Source of the DNA: Deltaproteobacteria bacterium
Lineage (GTDB): Bacteria > Myxococcota_A > UBA796 > CAJQPC01
DNA: 64,000 nucleotides
Direction of reading: 5' to 3'
Assembly (NCBI GenBank): GCA_016717595.1
Contig: JADKFE010000001.1
Span: 182,445-246,444 of the forward strand
Translations under genes and position numbers: made by a program
In this document: in pieces, positions 48,162 through 58,470 of the stretch
Numbering within the stretch: position 1 is the first letter of the stretch
Layout: each line of letters opens with the position of its first letter
The notes under the pieces: generated by a model
What the model was told of the DNA's origin: nothing
Seen by the model: the letters and a program-made list of their open reading frames with translations, nothing else
Database searches by the model: none

Positions 48162-49305
48162 CGGTCACCACGCCCCGCCGCGCGGCCCACAACGAGAGGT
48201 CGTCGCGGCGTAAGGCCGCAGACATCAGCTCGGGGAAAAGATCGGGGGTGCAGCCAAACGCGAAGACGCCATGCTCGGCCAAGGCCGCGGCGAGCTGGGG
48301 GTTGTAGGCCGGGCGGCCCTCGTCGGAGAGCGCGAGGAGCACGATGAGCTGGGCGCCACGTCGCACGATCTCGGCGGCGATGTCTACGGTGCGCTGGGTG
48401 TCTCCGCCGTCGAAGAGATCGGAGATCAACACCACGACGGTGCGCTCGGGGCGCTGGAGCTGGCCCAAGGCGTAGGCCAAGGCGCGACGGAGATCGGTGC
48501 CCCCGCCGAGCTGGGCGGCGAGGAGCAGCTCGACGGGATCGTGAATGTGGTCGGTGAGATCGGCCACCTCGGTGTCAAACGCCACCCAGCGGGTGTGAAC
48601 GCTGGAGAGGCCGCCGAGCACCGCCGCGAACACGCTGGCATACACCACAGACGGCGCCATCGACGCGGACTGATCGACGAGCAGGATCACCTCGTTGAGC
48701 CCGGCGCTGCTCCGCGAGCAGCCGATCAGCGTCTCGGCGATGATCGTGCGACGATCGGCCTGAACATGGCGCAGGTTCTTGAGGATCGTGCGGTGCCAGT
48801 CGATCTCCGCGAGGCGGGGCCGGTGTTTGAGGCGCCCCGGCGCGCGGCGGCCGCGCAGGGCGGCGCGTGTGGGCTCGGTGAGACGTCGGCGGAGCTGCTC
48901 CACCACCCGGCTGATGAGCTGCCGCGCGGCGTCTCGGGCCCGGGCGGGCAAGGCGCCGCGCAGGGTGAGCAGCGTGGCGACGAGCTGGGGGTCGGGCTCG
49001 ATGGACTCCAGCAGCTCGGGCTCGGTGAGCAGGCGGGTGAGACGCAGGCGCTCCAAGGCGTCACGCTGCATCACCCGAACGGCGCTCTGGGGGAAACAGC
49101 GGCGAAGATCAGCCAGCCAGCGGTGAACCTTGGGCGAGGCGCTGCCCAGGCCCCCGGCGCGGTCGCTGTCGTAGAGCGCCTCCAAGGCCCGATCCATCGC
49201 CAGCTCATCGTCTGAGAGGGATGGGCTGGGGCCGTCGTTGTCCCCGCCGCCGCCGAGCACGAGGCGCCAGCGGCTCAGCCGAGGATCGTGTGGGGTGTCG
49301 CTCAT
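48145..49305 (-). CDS. VWA-domain protein
   Basis: MIDAS 'LLVDQSASM', 'GGGTDL', 'VVVLISDLFDGG'. ATGA coupling to the upstream gene. Confidence 0.75.
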   Translation of the reverse strand: MSDTPHDPRLSRWRLVLGGGGDNDGPSPSLSDDELAMDRALEALYDSDRAGGLGSASPKVHRWLADLRRCFPQSAVRVMQRDALERLRLTRLLTEPELLESIEPDPQLVATLLTLRGALPARARDAARQLISRVVEQLRRRLTEPTRAALRGRRAPGRLKHRPRLAEIDWHRTILKNLRHVQADRRTIIAETLIGCSRSSAGLNEVILLVDQSASMAPSVVYASVFAAVLGGLSSVHTRWVAFDTEVADLTDHIHDPVELLLAAQLGGGTDLRRALAYALGQLQRPERTVVVLISDLFDGGDTQRTVDIAAEIVRRGAQLIVLLALSDEGRPAYNPQLAAALAEHGVFAFGCTPDLFPELMSAALRRDDLSLWAARRGVVTARGED

Positions 49306-51508
49306 ACACGGGCTCCCAAGATCATGGCGAGGCCGGGCAGCACGAGCCGGGCGCGGTCCTCGTGAATGGGCGGGCCGAGGCGGGCCTCCGCGCTGGGGGC
49401 GAGGCCCAAAGCGCGCACCTTGTCGCCCATCGCCCGGCGCTCGGCGTGGCTAAAATGGGCGAAGGCTCGGCGCGCGACGGGCAAAAGCGCCCGAAAATCG
49501 AGGTCTTGAAGCTCGGAGAGCCACTGATCAAGGGCGGCCCACAGCCCGTCCTGGTGGATGAGCAAGAGCCCGCTCCCGGCGAGCACCCCCTCCAGCCAGC
49601 CCGCCGCGTCCTCCAGTGAGCGCGCGGTGGTGAGGTTCAGCCTCGCGAGGCGCGAGAGCTCGTCGCCCTCCAGGCGCCCCCCCTCCAACATCAGCCGCGT
49701 CGCGCGGCCTCGCAGCCGCCCGTGGGCCTCGTCGTCCTCACACAGTCGTGTCAACGCCGTGGCCCACTCGCCGAGCATCCCCGCGTCATCCAAGGTGATC
49801 AGCGCCAGATGTGCGGCCTCGACGCTCTCACACAGACGCTCGGCGGCGAGGGCGTCAATTCCCCGGCACGCCGCGGGCAGCCCCACGACGGCGCGCTCAA
49901 ACAGGGCGAGCAGGACCGGCCGCACCCGCTCGGCGGGGGTGGCGCGCACGTCCCCGTAGCGGGTGATCTGGGCCAAGGGGCCGAGGCAGCGCAGCAGGTG
50001 AGACAGATCGGTGGAGAGCGCGGCCCGGGAGGAGAGGGCGGTGAGCAGGGATCTACGGCCTCGGGCAGATCCGCGAGCAGCACCTCATCCAGAAGCTCGG
50101 TGAGCGCGGGCAACTCCAAGTTGGCCTGGCAGCGGGCGATGGCCTTGGCCCCGGCGGCGGCGGCGACCGTGTTTCCAAACGGCGCCGCCTCAATGAGACG
50201 TAGGGGCATGTCCAGGCGCCAACGGAGACGCCAGACCTCGGCGAAGCTGCCGCGCTCTCGGCCGGTCTGGTCGCGGGGCTCTCCCCACGGCGCGCCGAGG
50301 AGGTTGAGGCGGCGCAAGAGCGCGCTGCGGGCGCGGCCGAGCTCGTCGCGCAGATCGAGGGTGAGATCGGGCGGGTGCTCGGCCTCGCGCAGCGGGCGAA
50401 GGCGCAGGCGGGTCACCTGCTGCTCTAGATCGCGCTGAATGGGCATCATCGGCGCCCCAGCCGGGGCTACACCGATGGCCTCGCCGACCTCCAATGCGCG
50501 GCGAAGCTGGGCCATCGGCGCCTCACGCCCGCCGCAGACCGTGGCCTGCAGCGCCTCTTGAAGCTCGGTGAGGCCGGGCGCGGGGCGACCACGAAGGGCG
50601 GCCAAGGCGCGGGCGAGGCGAACGGCCTCGACGGTGTGCCCAGGGGAGACGTCTTGGCCTTTTGTGCGCCATAGCTCGGCGGCGCGGCCCACCCAACGAA
50701 TGTCTCTGTCCACCGCGTGCTCAAAGAGGTGTTTGTACCAGCCCGGCGCCTTCACCCCGGCGCCATAGCCGCTCTGTAGCGCGAGCTTGCCTTCGCTCCA
50801 CGGCACCCAGGTACACTCCACCTTCACCTTGGGCAGGCCCTTGAGGCGCTGGTCGTCTTCACGGCGGGCGGCGTCGTTCATGATCGCCGGGGCGTGCCAT
50901 GCGCCACAGACGACGGCGACACGCTTGGCGCCCTCCTTCTGTGTCTCACGCACCACCCGGCGCATCCAGGCCTCACGCTGGGCCTCTCGGGGGGACGCCG
51001 GGATGAGATCGTGCTCACGAAGGGCCGACATCGCCACAAACACCGCGTCAAACAGCCCCTCGTCGGTCTCCCGGGACTCAAAGCAGTCCTCCCAGAAGGT
51101 GTCGGCGTCGTCGTATCCGGCGGCGGCGGCCAAGGCGGCGAGGCCGTCGCTGCGGTCGGCGTCGGCGGGCTGGCCGAGGCGGTGGCGCTGCGGCAGATCA
51201 CAGAAGCGGGCGAGGGCGCCACGCCCAAGCGCCCAGCGCAGGGCCACCCACTCCGGCGAATAATGGTGAAAGGGGTACCAGACGGCCAAGGATGGGTCTT
51301 GGGGCGCGTAGACCATCAGCGCCAGGGGCGGGCGGGCGTCGGCGGCGCCGATCAGCGGGATGAGCTCGTCGGCGTCTGGCGGGCCCTCGACGAGCACGGC
51401 GTCGGGATCATACCGATCCAAGGCCGCGGCCAAGGCCCGGGCGCTGCCGGGGCCGTGGTGGCGCACGCCGAACACACGCACGCTCGGGGGCTCGCCGTGA
51501 ACCGTCAC
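49302..51508 (-). pseudogene. large conserved protein of the SWIM/AAA/VWA cluster (DUF5682-like by position), frame-broken as sequenced
   Basis: Sensible sequence in 49799..51508 up to 'LLADLPEAVD', then continuing as 'LLTALSSRAALSTDLSHLLRCLGPLAQITRYGDV' in the 49302..49976 frame. The break is at the G3/C3 run at 50048-50050. Confidence 0.55.
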
Positions 51509-51511
51509 GGG

Positions 51512-52642
51512 CTACACCAGCTCCATAAAGGCGCGGTAGAGGTCCATCCAGCCCTCACGCTCCTTCACGACGGCGCGCAGATACTCCTGGAACGCCACGG
51601 AGTCTTGCACCGGGTCACGCAGGATGGCACCTGAGACAGACGCGGCGAGATCCGCGGCGCGCAGCTCACCGTCGCCGTAGTACCCCGCCATCGCCATGCC
51701 GCTCACCAATGACGAGATCATCTCGGCGGTGGAGAGCGTGCCGCTGGGGCTCTTGAGGCGGGTGCGACCGTCTTCAGTGACGCCCCGGCGCAGCTCGCGG
51801 AAGATGGTCACCACGCGCTGAATCTCGGCCAGGGCCGGGGTGGCCGTGGGCAACGCCAGAGCGGTCCCGATGGCGCGCACACGCTGGGCGACGATGCGCA
51901 CCTCCTCCTCGGCGTCTTCAGGCAGAGGCAGGATGACCGTGTTGAATCGCCGGGTGAGCGCGGCGGAGGGCTCGTTCACGCCGCGGTCGCGGTCGTTGGA
52001 GGTGGCGATGAGGTTAAAGCCTTGGCGGGCCTGGACCTCTACGCCAAGCTCAGCCACGGGCAGGGCCTTCTCGGAGAGCGCGGTGATCAGGCTGTCTTGC
52101 ACCTCGCTGGGGATGCGGCTCAGCTCCTCAACCCGGGCGATGCGCCCTAGCTGCATGGCGCGCATGATGGGCGAGGGCACGATGGCGTCGGGGGTGGGGC
52201 CCTCAGCGAGCAGGCGGGCGTAGTTCCAGCCGTACCGAAGCGTGCTCTCGTCGGTGCCCGCGGTGCCCTGCACGATGAGGGTGGAGTCGCCGCAGATCGC
52301 GGCGGCGAGGTGCTCGGAGAGCCAGCTCTTGCCGGTGCCGGGCACCCCCTGGAGCAGCAGCGCGCGGTCGGTGGCCAAGGTGGCGACGGCGATCTCCACC
52401 AGTCGGGTGCGGCCGATGTATTTTGGGCTCACCTCAAAGCCGCCGGGCAGCCGACCGCCGAGAATGTAGGCGCGCACGGCCCAGGGCGAGAGCGTCCAGC
52501 CCGGCGGGCGGGGGCGGTCGTCTAGCCGCGCGAGCACGGCGAGCTCTTCAGCGAAGGACTGCTCGGCGTGGTGGCGCAGGCTCGTCGCCAGTGGCGCGGC
52601 GAAGGAGGCCGCGGTGGAGGGGTTCTCTGAGGGCTGGCTCAC
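51512..52642 (-). CDS. AAA_5/MoxR-like ATPase
   Basis: Walker A 'LLQGVPGTGKSWL', 'IARVEELSRIP' Walker B region, 'FNLIATSNDRD', 'ALTRRF'. GTG 52642 overlaps the upstream stop (GTGA). Confidence 0.8.
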   Translation of the reverse strand: MSQPSENPSTAASFAAPLATSLRHHAEQSFAEELAVLARLDDRPRPPGWTLSPWAVRAYILGGRLPGGFEVSPKYIGRTRLVEIAVATLATDRALLLQGVPGTGKSWLSEHLAAAICGDSTLIVQGTAGTDESTLRYGWNYARLLAEGPTPDAIVPSPIMRAMQLGRIARVEELSRIPSEVQDSLITALSEKALPVAELGVEVQARQGFNLIATSNDRDRGVNEPSAALTRRFNTVILPLPEDAEEEVRIVAQRVRAIGTALALPTATPALAEIQRVVTIFRELRRGVTEDGRTRLKSPSGTLSTAEMISSLVSGMAMAGYYGDGELRAADLAASVSGAILRDPVQDSVAFQEYLRAVVKEREGWMDLYRAFMELV

Positions 52643-54180
52643 GGGAGCTCCTGGTGCAGCGCGCGGCGCCGCCGGATGGTGTCCTGAAACTGGATGAGCA
52701 TCAAGCGCCAGCGGCGCCCGACGAAGCGGTCGGAGAGGCGCACCTCGGCCTCGGGCAACAACGACGCGGGCAGGCCCAAGGCGGCGTCGTGGAGGTGAAG
52801 CTCCCACCACAAGAGGCCGGGCAGCTCGCGGCGGGTCTCAAGCTCGGTGAGGCTCTCTTTGAGCGACATCAACCACAGTCGGCCCAGGCGCTCGCTCCAG
52901 GGCCGGGGCGTCGCCGCCAAGGCCGCCGCGAGCACGTTGGTGTCCTGTGCGGCGTGGGCCTGGATCAGCTCGACGATCAGCGCCTCAAGCTCGGCGGGCG
53001 GCATCACGCGCAGGAGCTCCTCACGCCAATGGGCGGCGCGGCCACGGGACAGCGCCGGGTGGTGCTCGTGCTGGCGCCACCAGCGCCACAGCGGCAGGGC
53101 CCAGCTGCCCTCTTGGTGGTTCAGCGCCGCCCGGCTCAAGCCCTCGGCGGCGGCGAAATCTTCAGGTTTGAGCAGGCTGAGCAGGCCTTCAGCGCTGAGG
53201 TTGTGGCGTTGGGTCCACCGTGACGGCGGCACACAAGCGAGGATCTGCGCCGCCCACCACGCCTGGGGCCCCAAGCCAAGCTCACCGGGCTCGCTCACGC
53301 CGTCGCGGCTGAGCGCCCGGCTGTGCTCATCGGGCGGGACGAGGCGTAGGGTGGCGGCGCCGCTCAAGAGGCGCGCGATGCGGCCTTGACCGGCGGGTTT
53401 GTATCGCAAGAGGTCTTCAGCGCGACCCCGCATCCGCATCCCCAGCCGGGAGTGGGGCATTCGCCACAGACGTTGGGCGGCGGCGCGGCCCACCTGTGGC
53501 GCGCGGTCGTCCAAACACAGCTCCAAGAAGGGCTCATCGGCCATGCTCAGGCCCTCGTCTAAGGCCGCGATCAGCCGCGCGCGGTGATCCGCCGTCTCTT
53601 GGGGCCAGAGATCTTTGAGCAAGCTGAGGCCCATCGCCGGATCGTGGCGGCGGATCGCCCGCAAGGCGTGCAGGCGGGTGTCCGTGGCCTCCTCAAACAG
53701 TCGGCGGCGCAGCTCCTCTAGGTCGGCGTCCTGGGAGCGGCCCCAGGCGAAGCTGGGGTCTTGGGCGGCGAGCCAGCGGCCTCTCTCGCCCAAGATCGGC
53801 GTGAGCAAGGCCCGGCGCTCGGGCTCGGTGACCGAGAGCGCCAGGGGCAACAGCGCCGGGGGCAGCACACGGCCTCGGTCGCGGGCGCGCTGGCACAGCT
53901 CAGGGAGCAGCTCCGCGCCTTGGCCGGCCAGGGCCTCCTCAATGAGCCGCGCCACGCCCGGGGGCAGGGCGGGGGAGGGGTCGTCTAAGGCGGGGACTGG
54001 GCTCGCCGCCGGGGGCAGGGGCGTGAACCCGGCCTTTCGCCACGCGCCCCAGGCCCCGGCGAGGAGCAGGATTCGCCAGGGCGGGGCCTCCTCACGGGAG
54101 ACGAGGGCGTCTACGGGGGTGCCGGTCTCCGCGGCGGAGGAGTCGGCGCCGATCAGCGCACGTCGCACAAAGGGGTGCAT
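52639..54180 (-). CDS. hypothetical protein of the SWIM/AAA/VWA cluster (DUF5691-like by position)
   Basis: Leu/Ala-rich helical-repeat-like sequence. ATG 54180 overlaps the SWIM gene stop (ATGA). Confidence 0.5.
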   Translation of the reverse strand: MHPFVRRALIGADSSAAETGTPVDALVSREEAPPWRILLLAGAWGAWRKAGFTPLPPAASPVPALDDPSPALPPGVARLIEEALAGQGAELLPELCQRARDRGRVLPPALLPLALSVTEPERRALLTPILGERGRWLAAQDPSFAWGRSQDADLEELRRRLFEEATDTRLHALRAIRRHDPAMGLSLLKDLWPQETADHRARLIAALDEGLSMADEPFLELCLDDRAPQVGRAAAQRLWRMPHSRLGMRMRGRAEDLLRYKPAGQGRIARLLSGAATLRLVPPDEHSRALSRDGVSEPGELGLGPQAWWAAQILACVPPSRWTQRHNLSAEGLLSLLKPEDFAAAEGLSRAALNHQEGSWALPLWRWWRQHEHHPALSRGRAAHWREELLRVMPPAELEALIVELIQAHAAQDTNVLAAALAATPRPWSERLGRLWLMSLKESLTELETRRELPGLLWWELHLHDAALGLPASLLPEAEVRLSDRFVGRRWRLMLIQFQDTIRRRRALHQELP

Positions 54181-55487
54181 CAGCCCCCCACCACGGTCAG
54201 GGGCCCGCCCGGGGCCGCGCAGGCCAAGGGGCGAAGGGCCTCGCCGTCCCACTCGCCCATGAGACGCAGAGGGTGACCGCCGGAGCGCGCGATGAGCGCC
54301 CAATGATCGCCCGAGGTCAAGGGCAAGCCCAGCCCGGCGTCATCGGAGACCCGCCACCGGCCGTCGATGCGCGCCGGGGTGACGCGCTGCAGGTGCATCG
54401 GCTGGCGCTCCAAGAGCGGCTGGGCCCCCCACACCGCCGCCGCGCGCTCTAAGGCGACCTCCACCGACGGGTCACCGTCTGGCAGATTCAGCACAAACTC
54501 TGGCCCCCCCAGGCGCTCCCCCAGGGCCGCGCGCTGAGGCGACGGCGAGGGGTAAAAATGCAGCGCCGCGTGCAGGGCCTCGCCCACCTGCAGCGGCAGG
54601 GGCTCTAAGGCGCGCTGCTCAGGGCAGAAGTGCAGCCAGAGCGCGAAGCGTTGAGTCTCTTGGCCATACAACCACGACCGCCGCACCTTGAGCGCGCCGC
54701 CGGGGGCGGTGTCTGTGGCGGCGCCGAAGAGCAGCCAGCGGTCGAGGACGGCGGGCTCGTCACGAAGGAGATCCGCGGTGCGTGTGGTCCAGCCGATGAG
54801 GCCTCGCAGCTCGTCTTGGGCGGGCTCGGGCAGGCGTGAGATTCGGGAGTACCCCTCGACGATGAGCGCGAGGCGGCCCAGCTCCAACAGCGCGCGCTCC
54901 GGCCAGTCGTCGCTGGCGCCGACGAGCTCGGCCAGGCGGTGAACCCGACCGGTGAGGCCAGCGGCTTGGGCGTCGGAGAGCCGCGCGGCGAGGCCGGTGA
55001 GATCGGCGTCTCCGCTGGTCTCTAAGCTGACGAGGCCGCCCCGGGCGCGGTCGCACAGCCAGAGCTTCAAGGCGTCGAGCCCCGCGCGCACCTTCTTCTC
55101 ACGCTCGGCGATTCGGCGCTGGCGGGCCTTCTCATCGACGGGGCGCTCGGCGTCCGCGCCGCGCTGGCGGGCTCTGCGGCGGCGCTGCCACTCGGTGACG
55201 TCTTCAGGCGCCGGGCGCTCCCGGAGCAGGTCTGGGGTCTCGGCGGCGAGGAGCTGCAGCGCGATCAGGTGGTGGCAGGGCCGCTTGGGGATTGAGCAGC
55301 CGCAGCGCCCGGCGCCGTCGGCGAGGTCAACCATCACCCAGAACGGCTCCTCGGCCTGAAAACAGCCCCAGAGGTGCCCTTCGTCGCGCCCGAGCTGGTC
55401 CCACAGCCCCGCCCGGGCCGTGCGACGCGCGGCGACCTGGGTGGAGCGGTCGGGCGCCTGGGCGAGCAGCTCCTCGGGGGTAGACAT
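54180..55487 (-). CDS. SWIM zinc-finger protein
   Basis: 'CGCSIPKRPCHHLIALQL' matches the CxC..CxH SWIM pattern. ATG 55487 is preferred. Confidence 0.7.
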   Translation of the reverse strand: MSTPEELLAQAPDRSTQVAARRTARAGLWDQLGRDEGHLWGCFQAEEPFWVMVDLADGAGRCGCSIPKRPCHHLIALQLLAAETPDLLRERPAPEDVTEWQRRRRARQRGADAERPVDEKARQRRIAEREKKVRAGLDALKLWLCDRARGGLVSLETSGDADLTGLAARLSDAQAAGLTGRVHRLAELVGASDDWPERALLELGRLALIVEGYSRISRLPEPAQDELRGLIGWTTRTADLLRDEPAVLDRWLLFGAATDTAPGGALKVRRSWLYGQETQRFALWLHFCPEQRALEPLPLQVGEALHAALHFYPSPSPQRAALGERLGGPEFVLNLPDGDPSVEVALERAAAVWGAQPLLERQPMHLQRVTPARIDGRWRVSDDAGLGLPLTSGDHWALIARSGGHPLRLMGEWDGEALRPLACAAPGGPLTVVGG

Positions 55488-55603
55488 CGCGGCTCCGCAG
55501 GGACCTCCTGACTTATCCCATCCGAAGAAGACGCGCCGCACAGGGTCGACCGCCCCGCCCACTTCCGGCTATGCTGGGGAATCTCCTGTCCCGCAGAGGT
55601 CCT

Positions 55604-57541
55604 ATGCGCCGCCGCGTCCTCACTCCACCCAGCGTGCTCCTCGTCTTCGTCGCCCTCACCGCCTGCAAAGGGGGCGACTCGGAGCTCGTCACCGCCCCTC
55701 CCGCCCTGCTCACCCTCGACGCGGAGTGGGTTGAGCTCGGTGAGGTCGCCATCGGCGAGACGGCCACGGGCACCCTCACCCTACGCAACGAAGGCGGCGT
55801 GACGTTGGGCGTCGGTGAGATCACCGTCGATGACGACGCCAGCGCGGGGTTCACCGTCGGGTGGGAGCTCGCCGACGCCCGCTGCGAAGGTGACGGCCGC
55901 GTGGCCGAGTACGCCGATGAGGTGCGCCTCACCCTCGATCCGGGCTGCGCCTTGCCCATCACCGTGGGCCTCAGCCCCAGCAACCGCGGCGAGGTGTACG
56001 CGGCGATCAAGATCCCCACCGTGGGCGACACCGCCGACACGCCCACCTTCTGGGCCGACCCGATCCACGCCGTCGAGCAAGGCTACAGCCACGCCACGGT
56101 CTTGGACGGCTACGGTCGCCTGCTCATCTTGGGCGGCCTGCTCGACTTCGCCCCGGTGGCTTTGGGGGATGAGCAGTGGTCGCGGCTCACCGTGCGTAAC
56201 CAAGGCGACAGCGCGCTCACCCTCGACGGCTACACCACCATCGGCGACGACTGCGCCGCCTTTGAGATCGGCGAAGGCTTAGAGGCCGGCGAGCGCATTG
56301 AGCCGGGCGAAGAGGCGCTCTTGGACATCGCCTTCACGCCGCTGGAGTACCGCGAGCACGTCTGCGCGCTCACGGTCTTCTCCGATGATCCCGTCGATGG
56401 CACCCAGAGCATCACCCTGCGCGCGCTCTCGACCTGCGCCGTGGCCCAGGCCCCCAGCGTGAAGGTGCTGGGCCCCGAGACGGGCACCATCGTCACCGCG
56501 TCAAAGGGCCTCAACCTCAACCTGCGCGTCACCCACGAGCACCAAGATCCGAGCACGCTCACCTGCCTCATCAAGAGCGCCGCCGACAACCTCAACACCG
56601 TCGCCGCCTGCTCTCCGCCGTCGAGCGAGGCCGCCTTTGAGGTGGCCATCCCCGTGTCCAAGCTCGACGACGGCCCCGACACCCTCGTCGTCGAGGTCTA
56701 CGACCTCTGCGGGCGCATGGCGAGCGCGAGCCTGCCCATCGCCGTCAACAGCGGCGACTCCGACGACGACGACGGCGACGGCTGGGGCGAGACGAGCGGC
56801 GACTGTGACGACAACAACGCCGCGGTGTACCCCTACGCCGCTGAGGACCAAGACGGCCTGGACAACGACTGTGACGGCGGCAAAGACGACGGCACAGACG
56901 CCTGGGATGACGACGAGGACGGCTTCTCTGAAGACGACGGCGACTGTGACGACAACAACAACAAGACCTTCCCCGGCGCGGCCGAGCCCGCCGATGGTCT
57001 AGACAACGACTGCGACGACGAGTCCGACGAGGGCACCTTACGCGCGGACGACGACGAGGACGGCTTCTCTGAAGAGGAGGGCGACTGCAACGATCTCGAC
57101 CCCGACGTGGCCCCCGGCGCGCCTGAGCTCTGTGACGGCCTCGATCAAGACTGCGACGACCTCGCCGACAACGACCTCCTCTGCGGCGTAGACGCGCCGT
57201 GGATCCTCGGTGATGTCGATCTCAGCCAGACGGCGTGTGAGCTTGGCGACGAGATCACCGCGACGGCCTGGGCGATCGACCCCCAAGGCACGGCGATCAC
57301 CTACGCCTGGAACCTCGCCGCGGGGCTCAGCGCCGACAGCCTGAGCATGTCGAGCCTCACCCTGTCCTGCCCCTCGACCTTGCCCGCGAGCGCCGGAGAT
57401 GGGCAGGCCTATGTGATGAGCGTCGTCTCCGCCGACCCCGAAGGTCACCAGAGCTTCGCGTTCGGAGAGGTGATGGTGTGGCAGACTGGCGCTCTGTACC
57501 AGGATGTTGTGCTCTCTGGAGCCGACACCGCCGCGCCCTGA
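55604..57541 (+). CDS. large lipoprotein with Ig-like beta-domains and MopE-like Cys/Asp repeats
   Basis: Lipobox 'ALTAC' after ATG 55604 (GAGG upstream). 'TLTLRNEGGVTL', 'LTVRNQGDSALTL'. Repeats 'DCDDNNAAVYPYAAEDQDGLDNDCDG', 'DCDDNNNKTFPGAAEPADGLDNDCD', 'DCNDLDPDVAPGAPELCDGLDQDCD'. Confidence 0.6.
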   Translation: MRRRVLTPPSVLLVFVALTACKGGDSELVTAPPALLTLDAEWVELGEVAIGETATGTLTLRNEGGVTLGVGEITVDDDASAGFTVGWELADARCEGDGRVAEYADEVRLTLDPGCALPITVGLSPSNRGEVYAAIKIPTVGDTADTPTFWADPIHAVEQGYSHATVLDGYGRLLILGGLLDFAPVALGDEQWSRLTVRNQGDSALTLDGYTTIGDDCAAFEIGEGLEAGERIEPGEEALLDIAFTPLEYREHVCALTVFSDDPVDGTQSITLRALSTCAVAQAPSVKVLGPETGTIVTASKGLNLNLRVTHEHQDPSTLTCLIKSAADNLNTVAACSPPSSEAAFEVAIPVSKLDDGPDTLVVEVYDLCGRMASASLPIAVNSGDSDDDDGDGWGETSGDCDDNNAAVYPYAAEDQDGLDNDCDGGKDDGTDAWDDDEDGFSEDDGDCDDNNNKTFPGAAEPADGLDNDCDDESDEGTLRADDDEDGFSEEEGDCNDLDPDVAPGAPELCDGLDQDCDDLADNDLLCGVDAPWILGDVDLSQTACELGDEITATAWAIDPQGTAITYAWNLAAGLSADSLSMSSLTLSCPSTLPASAGDGQAYVMSVVSADPEGHQSFAFGEVMVWQTGALYQDVVLSGADTAAP

Positions 57542-57548
57542 GGTGACC

Positions 57549-58451
57549 ATGTCCCGCCCGCTGCCCCTCGCCGCCACCCTCGCCGCCACCTTCGCCGCCG
57601 CCCTGCTGCTCACGGCCTGCGCCGGAGACAAAGGTGCCGACGACGGGGTGCTCAACGACGACTCCGGCGGGGACGGCGACGACACCAGCGACAGCGAGGA
57701 GCCCGTCGTGCTCAAAGGCGACGGCTTCGGGCTGTACGCCACGACGGGCAAGATGACGGCGTGGCACAACGTCGACTACGTCATCGACACCACCGCCGAC
57801 GCCTCCCAGACGGTCGGCGACGCCACGGCGTTCACGGCCCTGGCCGACTTTGACGGCGACGGTTTAGAGGACCTCTGGCAGATCCCCGTCGGGAGCGCGT
57901 CGATCACCGTGTACATGGCGAACGGCGCGGGCTGGACGGATCCGCCCGACTTTGAGATCGTGACCGACCTCTCCAAGACGCTCAACTGGTTCACCGGCGA
58001 CTTCAACGGCGACGCCTTGGACGACGTCGGCCAGATCAACACCAACAACGGCCGCCTGCTCGTTTACCCCAACGCCGTGGGCTACTTCGACCCCGACGCC
58101 AAGGTGCCCAGCGACGCGCCCTTTGACCTTCGCGCCCAGCTCTTCACCGGGGATCTCGACGGCGACGGCGCCGATGAGCTCGGCACGGTGCTCGACGGGG
58201 TGATCTCGGTGTGGGACATGGACGACGGCGCGCTCGTCGAGCCCGCCTTGATTGAGGTGACCGCGCCGGGCTCGGTGCTCGCCGCCGTGGCCCTGGACCT
58301 AGACGACGACGGCTACGCAGAGCTGGGCATCTGGACGGGGAGCACGCTCACGCTCTACCCCAACCAGGCCGGCGCCGGGTTTGACCTCAACACGCCCACG
58401 TCGATCCTCTTTGGCCAGTCGGGCACCCCCTTCGCGGGCGGCTTCAACTGA
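57549..58451 (+). CDS. FG-GAP/VCBS-repeat lipoprotein
   Basis: Lipobox 'LLLTAC'. 'DFDGDGLEDL', 'GDFNGDALDDV', 'GDLDGDGADEL', 'LDLDDDGYAEL'. Confidence 0.65.
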   Translation: MSRPLPLAATLAATFAAALLLTACAGDKGADDGVLNDDSGGDGDDTSDSEEPVVLKGDGFGLYATTGKMTAWHNVDYVIDTTADASQTVGDATAFTALADFDGDGLEDLWQIPVGSASITVYMANGAGWTDPPDFEIVTDLSKTLNWFTGDFNGDALDDVGQINTNNGRLLVYPNAVGYFDPDAKVPSDAPFDLRAQLFTGDLDGDGADELGTVLDGVISVWDMDDGALVEPALIEVTAPGSVLAAVALDLDDDGYAELGIWTGSTLTLYPNQAGAGFDLNTPTSILFGQSGTPFAGGFN

Positions 58452-58470
58452 GCGTGTCGCAGACTAAGAA

